DNA from: Candidatus Woesearchaeota archaeon
GTDB taxonomy: Archaea; Nanobdellota; Nanobdellia; Woesearchaeales; GCA-2686295
Length of the DNA stretch: 55,559 nt
Direction of reading: 5' to 3'
NCBI GenBank assembly: GCA_016784125.1
Contig: JADHVI010000004.1
Span: 1 to 55,559 of the forward strand
The notes under the pieces are model-generated. The model had not been told where the DNA came from. It searched no databases and saw only the letters and a program-made list of their open reading frames with translations. A program made the translations under genes and the position numbers. This document shows positions 17,991 through 25,959 of this stretch, one piece after another. Each line of letters opens with the position of its first letter. The stretch's first letter is position 1.

Positions 17991-19182
17991 TTTTTATTTT
18001 TGGCGTTTGTTTCAAAAAATTAATTCTATGATTTATCTCCTCAATCAAATGTTCAAATTGTTGTTTTTCGTTGTCTTTGCCTTCAGGGAACCAATGCATT
18101 TTTCTTTTGACTTCTAACAAATTCATCTCTGCTTCTTTGATCTTATGATCTTTCATCAAGAGAATTATATCTCTAACCTCTTTTTTAAGATCAACTATGA
18201 AGGAATGAGATCTTTTATCCTTGTCTTTCTCTTCAACCTCTTTTTCCTCAATTTGTTTCTCAATTACCTTCTTCTTAATAACTATTTTATTCTTTCCTTT
18301 TATTTCTTCTGCTTTTTTCTTGATGTCTTTATACAAATCGAGTAAGTGAGTATACAATGCTTTTCGTTCTTCAGAATATTTTTCAGGGAATTTTTCAAAC
18401 ATTACTTTGGCTTGTTCGTATTCCTCCATGGCTTTTTTCAGCTCTTTTTCTTTCAAGAAGACTTGTATTTTATGTGTGAAAACTAATATGTTTTCCTTTG
18501 CATCTGTAAGAATCTTCTCTCGTTTTTCGTCTTTCTTTTTCTGCGTTCTGTTTGATTCGAGTTTTTTGATCTTCTCTAGTTTCTTAATCTGATAATAAGA
18601 AGAAATAATATCGTTGAATAACTCTTCTTTTTCATGCTTTGGATTGGCAGGATATTCATTGAATGAACCTCTCATCTTTTTGTATTCAGTCATGGCTGCA
18701 GCACCATCAGTGTTCTGCAAGAACTCAGATATCTTTTGCACACTTAGAGCGATTTCATTCTTAATCTTAATCTTTTTTTTCTCTAATCCATTATCATTAA
18801 CTTCCGTGCCAAATTCTGTTTGTAAAGAATCCATTCCTTTCAAGTTATGGATAAATTCTTTTTCGCTATCTTCTTCTGCTGAGAAACTCATTAAATCAGT
18901 GTACATGTTTTCAACCATGTCAGTGTAGTTGTTTTTATCTTCCTCTGATTCAGCATTAGCGGTTAATCGTTGAGTCTGATCAAATATTTTCTTAGCCTTG
19001 AACAAGTCTCTCTTATCTAAAGCTTCTTGGAAGTCTTTGTAGAAATCCTGCTCCATTGAGAAATCTTCTACTTTAGGTGCAGTATCCTTTAACTCTTTTT
19101 GTCTTCTTTCGAGCTCTTTTTTCTCAAGAAACTCGGTGATATCTTTTTCTAGGTATACGTCTAAGTTCATTTTACATTGCAA
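17983..19182 (-). CDS. K/E-rich coiled-coil protein (399 aa), unknown function, translationally coupled to the ATPase
   Basis: 8-nt overlap with the ATPase start and 11-nt overlap with the upstream gene; repeated EKxPEK/KEKELKKAxEEY-like segments. Confidence 0.6.
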   Translation of the reverse strand: MQCKMNLDVYLEKDITEFLEKKELERRQKELKDTAPKVEDFSMEQDFYKDFQEALDKRDLFKAKKIFDQTQRLTANAESEEDKNNYTDMVENMYTDLMSFSAEEDSEKEFIHNLKGMDSLQTEFGTEVNDNGLEKKKIKIKNEIALSVQKISEFLQNTDGAAAMTEYKKMRGSFNEYPANPKHEKEELFNDIISSYYQIKKLEKIKKLESNRTQKKKDEKREKILTDAKENILVFTHKIQVFLKEKELKKAMEEYEQAKVMFEKFPEKYSEERKALYTHLLDLYKDIKKKAEEIKGKNKIVIKKKVIEKQIEEKEVEEKDKDKRSHSFIVDLKKEVRDIILLMKDHKIKEAEMNLLEVKRKMHWFPEGKDNEKQQFEHLIEEINHRINFLKQTPKIKND

Positions 19183-19621
19183 TCATTTTTTTCTTGTACT
19201 CGCTCCAAAGATCTTCTGGGTTAAAGAACCCTCTCTTTCGAGCTTCTCTGAAGAAAAACTGTTTTTTCTTGTCCATTTTTTGTAACAAATGGTTTTTCCA
19301 TAAATCAGTAGCTTGAAGTTGAGATATTTGTTTGTCAGATGCTTTTTTCTCAAAGTTCTCCTTGAAAGAATCAATAGAAACATCTTCGGTCTCAATAGCA
19401 CTGGCTTTTTTGATATTTGCTTTGTTCAAATAAATATATGGAGTTGTAAATTTGTATTCTATGCCAATAATTTTTTCCTCGACTAAGAAATCAACCCATG
19501 ATTGTACAATATTATTGGGTAATCCTAATTTATTTGCAGCCAATTCTAGCTCGATCTTATCGACACTTTTCAAAAGATCTATGAGCGAATCTACACTAGT
19601 AGTTATAGTCTCCTCTACCAC
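19172..19621 (-). CDS. Small protein with N-terminal winged-helix-like domain (149 aa), unknown function
   Basis: SLIDLLKSVDKIELELAANKLGLPNNIVQSWVDFLVEEKIIGIEYKF resembles a wHTH unit; sits in the pilus operon. Confidence 0.55.
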   Translation of the reverse strand: MVEETITTSVDSLIDLLKSVDKIELELAANKLGLPNNIVQSWVDFLVEEKIIGIEYKFTTPYIYLNKANIKKASAIETEDVSIDSFKENFEKKASDKQISQLQATDLWKNHLLQKMDKKKQFFFREARKRGFFNPEDLWSEYKKKMIAM

Positions 19622-19675
19622 AGTAATATCTATTCCTTTATTTTTTTATAAACTTTGTTCATTATTGTCGAGTAG

Positions 19676-20704
19676 TTAGCAAGTATTTGTAACTTCAACT
19701 TGGCCGCCGGTTTGATTGAAGTCGACAGATAAGTGATATTTATCAACTATTGGTCTATTCTGAGTGTCAACAACTTTTCGTAGGACAGCTATACAATTGA
19801 TTTCGTTGAATTGAGTTCCATACATGAAGTCCACGTAACTCTCATTACCCGGTCTAGGTAATCCTTCATCCACAAGTTTTTGAGGATTAATGATTGAAAG
19901 AAGTGTTAAACTAGGGTGATTTTTTATGTCCGGCTCATTGGTTAACCTACCAAAGAAACTGAGTGGACGGAAAGTACCAACTCCACTAATAGTCATATTT
20001 CGAACAGATGTAACTAAATATTCTCCGTTCTCAACAAATTGTTGAAATGTGTCATTGGTATATGATTCTCTTAATGTAAAGGCTTTTTTGAAAGTTGAAT
20101 TGTAACCAATATTAAAATAGATTGGATCCTGCAATCCAAGAATACTAATTTTGGAAACCGAGACATTCGTAATATTCCATTGTATGTTTTGAAATCTGAG
20201 ACTCAAAGACATATTCAAATAGCTTATCACAGAGAATGGATTTGCTTGATCAACCCAAACATCGTTTATACTGTAACTCATATTAACTGCGAATTCACTA
20301 GCAAGTTTGTTTTGTAAATTATCCATCAAAACATATATTGTGAAATTTTCCATATAATCACAATCTCCTGAATGTACTGATCGAACGCCAAAACTTCCAT
20401 CTAACATACAATCTTGAAAAGACTCATTAATATCCACTTCGTCATTGAAGAAATGTCCTTCATCATGGATATGTTTAATCATTGATTGGAAAGCCATGTA
20501 ACTTGAAATTTTCATACTACTCTCAGCATAAGCGAATGTTGTCATTAAATGTTCATTTGCAATAGTTGTTTTGGCTTTTTCCAATCCTACATTCTGATCA
20601 ATCGGTGTTATTTGATGTGTAGAATACATTGTCAGTAATAAACCTGCAATAACTACAGAGATGAATGTGAAAAGTATTGCCTTCTTATTCTTCATCATTT
20701 CCAT
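19676..20704 (-). CDS. Large pilin-like or pilus-associated protein (342 aa) with an N-terminal basic-hydrophobic segment
   Basis: MEMMKNKKAILFTFISVVIAGLLLTMY: a possible class III signal (KKA/I). Many N-x-S/T sequons; 10-nt overlap with the upstream gene. Confidence 0.55.
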   Translation of the reverse strand: MEMMKNKKAILFTFISVVIAGLLLTMYSTHQITPIDQNVGLEKAKTTIANEHLMTTFAYAESSMKISSYMAFQSMIKHIHDEGHFFNDEVDINESFQDCMLDGSFGVRSVHSGDCDYMENFTIYVLMDNLQNKLASEFAVNMSYSINDVWVDQANPFSVISYLNMSLSLRFQNIQWNITNVSVSKISILGLQDPIYFNIGYNSTFKKAFTLRESYTNDTFQQFVENGEYLVTSVRNMTISGVGTFRPLSFFGRLTNEPDIKNHPSLTLLSIINPQKLVDEGLPRPGNESYVDFMYGTQFNEINCIAVLRKVVDTQNRPIVDKYHLSVDFNQTGGQVEVTNTC

Positions 20705-21210
20705 AGTTTCAACTCCACAATATCAGGTCCAAAAAAACTTGTTTGATCAACTGCATAGAATACAATTTTTCGTGATGTTAGCATTCTTTTGCTAAGATTT
20801 TCTCGTTCCATGGATTGGTTGAAGATAATTGTTGTTTCGTTGCTAGTGCCATTAATTATTGAATAACTTACACCGTATTCCTCAGTTACTAAGGATAACA
20901 GAATATTCTTTGTAAGATGATAAGATTGGTTTTGCTTTCCGACATAATGCAATTGAGCAATTTGTTGGAATAATGATTGTTCAGGATTAGTGATTGAACC
21001 GTTATCAGCTAAGTACTCAATATATGGATCTCTAAAATCAATAATTTTAGTTGTCTGGATTATACTCATCAAATCCTCTGCTAATAAGTAACTTTGTCTT
21101 GTCTCAGGAACATTCATGTAAGATCCGAGGATTAGAATTACACTTACAAGAAAGATTGACCCTCCTATTAGGGCGTCCAAAACGAAAAAATATGCACCTC
21201 TTTTATTCAT
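20695..21210 (-). CDS. Minor pilin-like protein (171 aa) with class III signal peptide
   Basis: MNKRGAYFFVLDALIGGSIFLVSVILILGSY: KRG/A followed by an FxLDA hydrophobic helix, as in archaeal pilin-like proteins. Confidence 0.65.
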   Translation of the reverse strand: MNKRGAYFFVLDALIGGSIFLVSVILILGSYMNVPETRQSYLLAEDLMSIIQTTKIIDFRDPYIEYLADNGSITNPEQSLFQQIAQLHYVGKQNQSYHLTKNILLSLVTEEYGVSYSIINGTSNETTIIFNQSMERENLSKRMLTSRKIVFYAVDQTSFFGPDIVELKLWK

Positions 21211-21252
21211 CTTCTAGAATCTGTTTTTTTTGACATTAAAAAAATTTCCTAC

Positions 21253-22935
21253 TTATTCCCAGTAGTATAATCTAATCTTAACAGCTTCTCCTTTGTAGTT
21301 TGCGATCCTTGTTATTCTGATAGCATTATCCAAGTCACTGCCGATATCTGGTTGAGGGCAAGGAACTTCAAATGGTATTCCTTCACAGCATCTCACCTTG
21401 ATACACATATTTGTTCCTGCAAAGTTTGTATATGATCCAATATCTAATACACTGCCTTGTTGAACACCTAGTTGAGTACAAGCTTCTAAAGGTGATGTGA
21501 TATTCAAAAGTGGAGGTATAATGTCTGTCAGGAATGTTGTATTATCATTGAACCAACAAGTATCTCCTGGCACTCCTTGTCCTTGGCAATTAGCATCACA
21601 GTAATTACTTCCTTCTCTTGTACAATCTCCTTGGCAGCTTCCATTTCTTAGAGTAAAATTAACTTCCAAGAAGGTTTCTGGTTCGAGATTGAAGAAAGGG
21701 CCTTTGATATCTGCAGTGTATCCCTGTGCTCTTGCGATTATATAAAAATTGTTTCCCGCACCTATATTCATCCAGTAAGTGCCGTTATCAGATTCAATTG
21801 GAGAATCAATTGTATATCCAACTTGAGTGAGGTTGATGTATGTTGTGCCATTCCAAACGTCTTGCTCGTAAGTGATTTCTGCGCCTGGAATAGGTTCTTG
21901 TGAACCGTCAGAAATAACGTGCCCGGTTATATTTGCTCGGCAATCAGGGTCTAAACATTTTAAGTACCCTTCAAGAAATGGATCATAACTACTACATGTT
22001 TGAGGTCCTTCTGGTGGAAAGAAATCTTCTGGACAAACACCGTCGTATACACCGCAAGTAAAGTTTCCATCGCAGAGTGTGACTCCCCAACAACCTAAAA
22101 CTGGATTGTAACCTGTATCTGCAGGATACCATATTCCATCGTCGCATGTTCCACTTGCACTATCCCAATTATCACTTGTGCCATCATCACCACAGCATTG
22201 GTTCAATGTAAAATCCCAATTTTTGCCTGCACAAGCACAAATTGAAGGGTTTGCATCTGCTTCGGTTATGTATGCTCCTGATATACAACTCTCAGGGTGG
22301 ATTACTGAGCAGGAAAGTATACTTCCACCATCACAGTATTCTAAATCATCAACATTAGTAGGTATTGATCCGGCGCCACCAACATCGCATGTTGCTCTTG
22401 GTACTCCGTTACTACAAGCATTTAGTTCGGTATCAAGAGTACATGTGTCTGTACAAGTTCCTGGTTGAGTACCGCATGAATCATAGCGCCATACACCTGC
22501 AAGGCACATCCATCTTTGTCCAACAATTCCTCCGCCACCTACAACTGCGCAATCAGGTCCATAATCAAAATTTGCGAATTGATCACCATCATGAACGCAA
22601 GCTACGCTACTTGCTGCACAATACTTTAAAGGACTTGAGTAATCTGCTCTGCAATAACCACTTTGACATTCAGGATTTCCAGTGCATATAGTTCCGTCAG
22701 GAAGTAAGGCTGGTATACATACATCTTTTTCTTCTTCGCATCCTTCTCCAGGACATGGATCAATGCCAGGTTCACAATTGTTCTTAAAACAAATTTCTGC
22801 ACCATTACAGAATAGTGTATCATCACAGTCTGCATCGACAGTACAACCTGCTGCTTGAACATTTATAGAACTAATAGTTATTAAGAATAATGCTAATAAG
22901 ATTAATAATGAGATTTTATGATTTTTCACTCTCAA
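21253..22935 (-). CDS. Cys-rich secreted protein (about 560 aa) with a carboxypeptidase-regulatory-like beta-sandwich segment; first gene of the pilus operon
   Basis: Sec-type signal peptide ISLLILLALFLITISSINVQAA, then about 45 Cys by my count (CTVDADCDDTLFCNGAEICFKNNCEPGIDPC...). ANITGHVISDGSQEPIPGAEITYEQ resembles CarboxypepD_reg. The start is TTG 22935 or GTG 22929, after SD GGAGAGGGG. Confidence 0.7.
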   Translation of the reverse strand: MRVKNHKISLLILLALFLITISSINVQAAGCTVDADCDDTLFCNGAEICFKNNCEPGIDPCPGEGCEEEKDVCIPALLPDGTICTGNPECQSGYCRADYSSPLKYCAASSVACVHDGDQFANFDYGPDCAVVGGGGIVGQRWMCLAGVWRYDSCGTQPGTCTDTCTLDTELNACSNGVPRATCDVGGAGSIPTNVDDLEYCDGGSILSCSVIHPESCISGAYITEADANPSICACAGKNWDFTLNQCCGDDGTSDNWDSASGTCDDGIWYPADTGYNPVLGCWGVTLCDGNFTCGVYDGVCPEDFFPPEGPQTCSSYDPFLEGYLKCLDPDCRANITGHVISDGSQEPIPGAEITYEQDVWNGTTYINLTQVGYTIDSPIESDNGTYWMNIGAGNNFYIIARAQGYTADIKGPFFNLEPETFLEVNFTLRNGSCQGDCTREGSNYCDANCQGQGVPGDTCWFNDNTTFLTDIIPPLLNITSPLEACTQLGVQQGSVLDIGSYTNFAGTNMCIKVRCCEGIPFEVPCPQPDIGSDLDNAIRITRIANYKGEAVKIRLYYWE

Positions 22936-22962
22936 CCCCTCTCCTTTTTTTATAAGAAGATA

Positions 22963-22977
22963 CTATATAAATGTTTC
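22963..22977 (-). promoter_or_regulatory. BRE/TATA promoter of the pilus operon
   Basis: Minus strand GAAACATTTATATAG, then an SD-containing leader before the Cys-rich gene. Confidence 0.45.
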
Positions 22978-23001
22978 CTTTCAATTTTAGGGTGCTTGCG
23001 T

Positions 23002-23253
23002 TTAAACATTTAAGTATACAATTGCAAACACTAATGTTACTGCTGCAAACACTACTAGAATTGCGAAGAAGGATCGTCTCTTAACTTTTCTAAGTTTTAC
23101 ATCATGAAAACTTTTATTGACTTGTCCATTGTTTAAGCCTTGCTGTAGAAGTTTTTTTTTCATCTGTTGCTCTGAAAATCCTTGTCTGAGATCTCTTTCG
23201 AGCTGGTTAGTTATTTTAATATGATTTTCTGTCATCACGTTTGTCATCACCAC
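23002..23253 (-). CDS. Small tail-anchored membrane protein (83 aa)
   Basis: Polar N-terminal part, basic KLRKVKRR, then C-terminal TM SFFAILVVFAAVTLVFAIVYL. Confidence 0.45.
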   Translation of the reverse strand: MVMTNVMTENHIKITNQLERDLRQGFSEQQMKKKLLQQGLNNGQVNKSFHDVKLRKVKRRSFFAILVVFAAVTLVFAIVYLNV

Positions 23254-23311
23254 GAATTATATCTTCTCGTTTTCAAACACTCGTATTTAAACTTTTTTAT
23301 TAATTCTATAG

Positions 23312-23566
23312 TTAATTGTAGAGAATCACATATTTATTTTTTGTCTTTTTGAAAGCATTTATGATGTATTTTTGTAGTTCTTGGATCATTATTGTTTCTT
23401 CTGGTAATTGTAATCTCTTTGCTGTCAAGTATGCGCCTGTTGTTTTTTTAATTAATTCTTGATAATTATGCTCAGAGTTCTGCATTAGTTCGTAGCTAAA
23501 CCTTTGTTCTTCAATTATGCTTCTTACCAATACTCTGCTAATATCTTTTTTCAGCTTGCTCATCAA
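23312..23566 (-). CDS. Hypothetical protein (84 aa)
   Basis: ATGA overlap with the upstream Lrp-like gene suggests co-translation; no family recognised. Confidence 0.45.
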   Translation of the reverse strand: MMSKLKKDISRVLVRSIIEEQRFSYELMQNSEHNYQELIKKTTGAYLTAKRLQLPEETIMIQELQKYIINAFKKTKNKYVILYN

Positions 23567-23958
23567 GTTATTCTGAACTCTTCTCTTTTTAGCTCTTCAA
23601 TCACATCATATATTTGTGCATCTCCAACTTGTTCTATGAAATCATGTTTATCTTTTATTGTTTGGAATAATATTTCAGCTATAACTCCCTGGTTTGTAAG
23701 GTATAAGTTGTTCACGCCTTTCTTTTCCAAGAGAATTGGCAAATAAGCTTTATTTGTGGCAATTACTATTTTTACAGGAAATCCTACCTGTGTAAAATTT
23801 ATTAAAGAACTATACTTGTTTATCATTGTATTAAAACCATCAATGTTTTCAAGTACGACACTGGTTGGTATTTGTAATTTGTTTGCAATCTTTGCAGCGC
23901 TTTGTCTGCTATTATTTCTCATCGTTGCCAGAACCCGTTTTTCTTTCTTTGAAATCAT
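23563..23958 (-). CDS. Lrp/AsnC-family transcriptional regulator
   Basis: KEKRVLATMRNNSRQSAAKIANKLQIPTSVVLENI (HTH) followed by a small alpha/beta RAM-like domain; 131 aa. Confidence 0.7.
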   Translation of the reverse strand: MISKKEKRVLATMRNNSRQSAAKIANKLQIPTSVVLENIDGFNTMINKYSSLINFTQVGFPVKIVIATNKAYLPILLEKKGVNNLYLTNQGVIAEILFQTIKDKHDFIEQVGDAQIYDVIEELKREEFRIT

Positions 23959-24023
23959 GATATTTGTATCTCTTTATTTCTTTAAAATGGTTTAGAGAAA
24001 TTTCTCGGAAAAATTCCGATTCA

Positions 24024-24038
24024 CGAAAAATATTAAAA
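24024..24038 (+). promoter_or_regulatory. BRE/TATA-like box for the 50-codon sORF
   Basis: CGAAAAATATTAAAA ends 22 nt before ATG 24061, the same geometry as other leaderless genes here. Confidence 0.35.
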
Positions 24039-24060
24039 TCCCAACTAGTTAAAACAGTTT

Positions 24061-24213
24061 ATGCCAACAGTTAAGAAAGATTATAACAAGAGAATAAAAT
24101 CCTTGGAAGAAGAACTTGTTAGAAAACAAAAGCAGATTGATGATTTGAAAGTACAGAATATTGTGCTTCTAAAAACAGCTTTGAAAAATCAAGCAAAGAA
24201 ATTGAAAAACTAA
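24061..24213 (+). CDS. 50-aa coiled-coil mini-protein (below ORF-track threshold)
   Basis: Hand translation: MPTVKKDYNKRIKSLEEELVRKQKQIDDLKVQNIVLLKTALKNQAKKLKN; consensus-type promoter at the leaderless distance. Confidence 0.4.
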   Translation: MPTVKKDYNKRIKSLEEELVRKQKQIDDLKVQNIVLLKTALKNQAKKLKN

Positions 24214-24215
24214 AA

Positions 24216-24686
24216 TTATTCTTTTTTGTCTTCTTTTGGAACTACTTCAGCAGATTTTTCTTCTACCTTAACTTCTTCTTTTTTCTCTTCTACCTTAGTT
24301 TCTTCGGGTTTTGCCTCAGGCTCGCTTTTCTCCTCTTTAGCCTCTGCAACAGGTTCCTTAGACTTTTCTTCTTTAGGAGCTTCTTCAGCAGGTGCTTCTT
24401 CTGTCGCTTCCTTCTTCTTAGCTTCATGCCTTTTTTGCATATGTTTTGATTCTGTGTCTGCAATCTCTTTGTCTTTAGTATAAACATTTGCTTGGATTAC
24501 AGCGACGCTTTCTCCATAGTTTGTTCTAATAGAAGTGATTATAACTAATGATTCCTTGGTCTTAAGCTGCTGAGCTAATTGCTTCTTTAAGTCTTCCCTT
24601 GAAGGCGTTGCACCTGTAAATGCAATTTCTGCCTCAACTTCTGTTCGTCCCAACAACTGATTTTCTTTTTGTGTAGTAATCTTCAT
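24216..24686 (-). CDS. rps24e: Ribosomal protein S24e with a long K/E/A/P-rich C-terminal extension
   Basis: MKITTQKENQLLGRTEVEAEIAFTGATPSREDLKKQLAQQL...ANVYTKDKE is the S24e core (about 100 aa); a further ~55 aa is low-complexity EEAPAEEAPKEEKSKE... Confidence 0.85.
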   Translation of the reverse strand: MKITTQKENQLLGRTEVEAEIAFTGATPSREDLKKQLAQQLKTKESLVIITSIRTNYGESVAVIQANVYTKDKEIADTESKHMQKRHEAKKKEATEEAPAEEAPKEEKSKEPVAEAKEEKSEPEAKPEETKVEEKKEEVKVEEKSAEVVPKEDKKE

Positions 24687-24687
24687 T

Positions 24688-24873
24688 TTATCTAACCTTA
24701 ATTGTATATTCCCCTTTTATTTCAACACCCATCTTATGGGCAATCATAGATTTTTTTATATCTAGGAAGAAAATTCTTCCTTGCCAATTAGTTGAAAATG
24801 AACTCTTCTTGCAAATAGGACACATGTCCCCATCAACGAAAATTTTACAACTTTTACATGCTTTTTTTTTCAT
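24688..24873 (-). CDS. spt4: Transcription elongation factor Spt4 (RpoE'')
   Basis: ORF track 24688-24972 is over-extended. Internal ATG 24873 gives MKKKACKSCKIFVDGDMCPICKKSSFSTNWQGRIFFLDIKKSMIAHKMGVEIKGEYTIKVR (Zn ribbon + NGN-binding core), starting 1 nt after the rpo7 stop. Confidence 0.85.
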   Translation of the reverse strand: MKKKACKSCKIFVDGDMCPICKKSSFSTNWQGRIFFLDIKKSMIAHKMGVEIKGEYTIKVR

Positions 24874-24874
24874 T

Positions 24875-25471
24875 TTATTTCTTCTTTGCTCCTTTTTCAT
24901 TGCTTTTTGCAGCGACTGGCTTCTTAGCTGGACCGCCTGATAAATCTTCGCCAACCCAATCTTCTCTTCCAAGACCTGCCTGTCTCATGGTCAAACCAAT
25001 CTTAGGGTTAGCAACATCCTTATATGAAATTTGAATTATCCTTGCTCTGCATTTATCGTTGACTCTCAAAGATCTCTTTGTGTCTTTTCCTTGTAAGTTT
25101 TTATCCTTACTAAAACTTACGAAGTCATTGATTGTTTGACTGATGTGAATCATGCCATCAATTGGACCAATCGTAATGAAAGCTCCAAAATCTGCAATGT
25201 CCCTAATTTTACCTTTTACAACTTCTTGTAATTCAGGTTCATAAGTCAATAACTTGAATTCTGACTGGTAATACGATGCTCCGTCACCAGGAATTATAAT
25301 TCCCTCGCCGATGTCTCCTATTTCAGAAACGTCAATAATCATTCCAAGTTCTTTAGAAATATAACCACTATACTTGGCTTTGATCTCTTCGAACATAGCC
25401 TGCTTTAAATCGAGTCCAAATTTCTGTGGTGGAATTCTTATATAATCCTTAACATTTACTTTGTAAAACAT
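24875..25471 (-). CDS. rpo7: RNA polymerase subunit Rpo7 (RpoE')
   Basis: MFYKVNVKDYIRIPPQKFG... N-terminal domain plus S1 domain (VVKGKIRDIADFGAFITIGPIDGMIHISQ). Confidence 0.9.
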   Translation of the reverse strand: MFYKVNVKDYIRIPPQKFGLDLKQAMFEEIKAKYSGYISKELGMIIDVSEIGDIGEGIIIPGDGASYYQSEFKLLTYEPELQEVVKGKIRDIADFGAFITIGPIDGMIHISQTINDFVSFSKDKNLQGKDTKRSLRVNDKCRARIIQISYKDVANPKIGLTMRQAGLGREDWVGEDLSGGPAKKPVAAKSNEKGAKKK

Positions 25472-25474
25472 TTT

Positions 25475-25879
25475 TTACTCCAATATTAGATATTTTTTTT
25501 GTTTAAGAGCTATGATTTTTCCTTCTTTCTTTCTAACTCTATTTTTTAATTCTTTATCTTGCGTTGCTATATAAACCTTTTTATTGGCTTTCTTGACAAT
25601 CATGTCATCAACGCTTAGTCCTTGGGAACTAGTGATTGTTTTTAAGCTTTTTTGTTTTAACAAGCTACCTACAAGGGCTACTGCGAGCTTCGCAGCCTTG
25701 ACATCTCGTTGTTTTCCCAAGACGCTAATCTTGTTTAATTCTTCCAACGTTCGATCAATAATGAACAGTTTGTAGGGAATATCTAACACTCTTTCTATCT
25801 CAGCAAAGATATTCACATGGAACTGCCCTGGAATTAACAGGAAGTTCGTATCCAAGATAACTTTATAATTGTTAAACAT
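25475..25879 (-). CDS. PIN-domain protein (Fcf1/COG1412-like) conserved upstream of rpo7
   Basis: VILDTNFLL acidic motif and later IATQDKELK; the gene order PIN-rpo7-spt4-rps24e is typical of archaea. Confidence 0.75.
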   Translation of the reverse strand: MFNNYKVILDTNFLLIPGQFHVNIFAEIERVLDIPYKLFIIDRTLEELNKISVLGKQRDVKAAKLAVALVGSLLKQKSLKTITSSQGLSVDDMIVKKANKKVYIATQDKELKNRVRKKEGKIIALKQKKYLILE

Positions 25880-25923
25880 TTAGAAAAAAGATTGGGTGAG
25901 AGTTTTAAAAAGGTTATTGTTTT

Positions 25924-25940
25924 GAAAAGATTTATTAATA
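25924..25940 (+). promoter_or_regulatory. BRE/TATA promoter (leaderless) of the kinase-like gene
   Basis: GAAAAGATTTATTAATA ends 20 nt before ATG 25960. Confidence 0.45.
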
Positions 25941-25959
25941 ATTCTTCGCAACATCGATT

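Noticed and set aside
24226-24487. Alternative-frame ORFs (85 aa on plus, 65 aa on minus) inside the S24e tail region
   Set aside because: These are low-complexity translations of the same GAA/AAG-rich repeat. The S24e frame is continuous with a recognisable ribosomal protein core.
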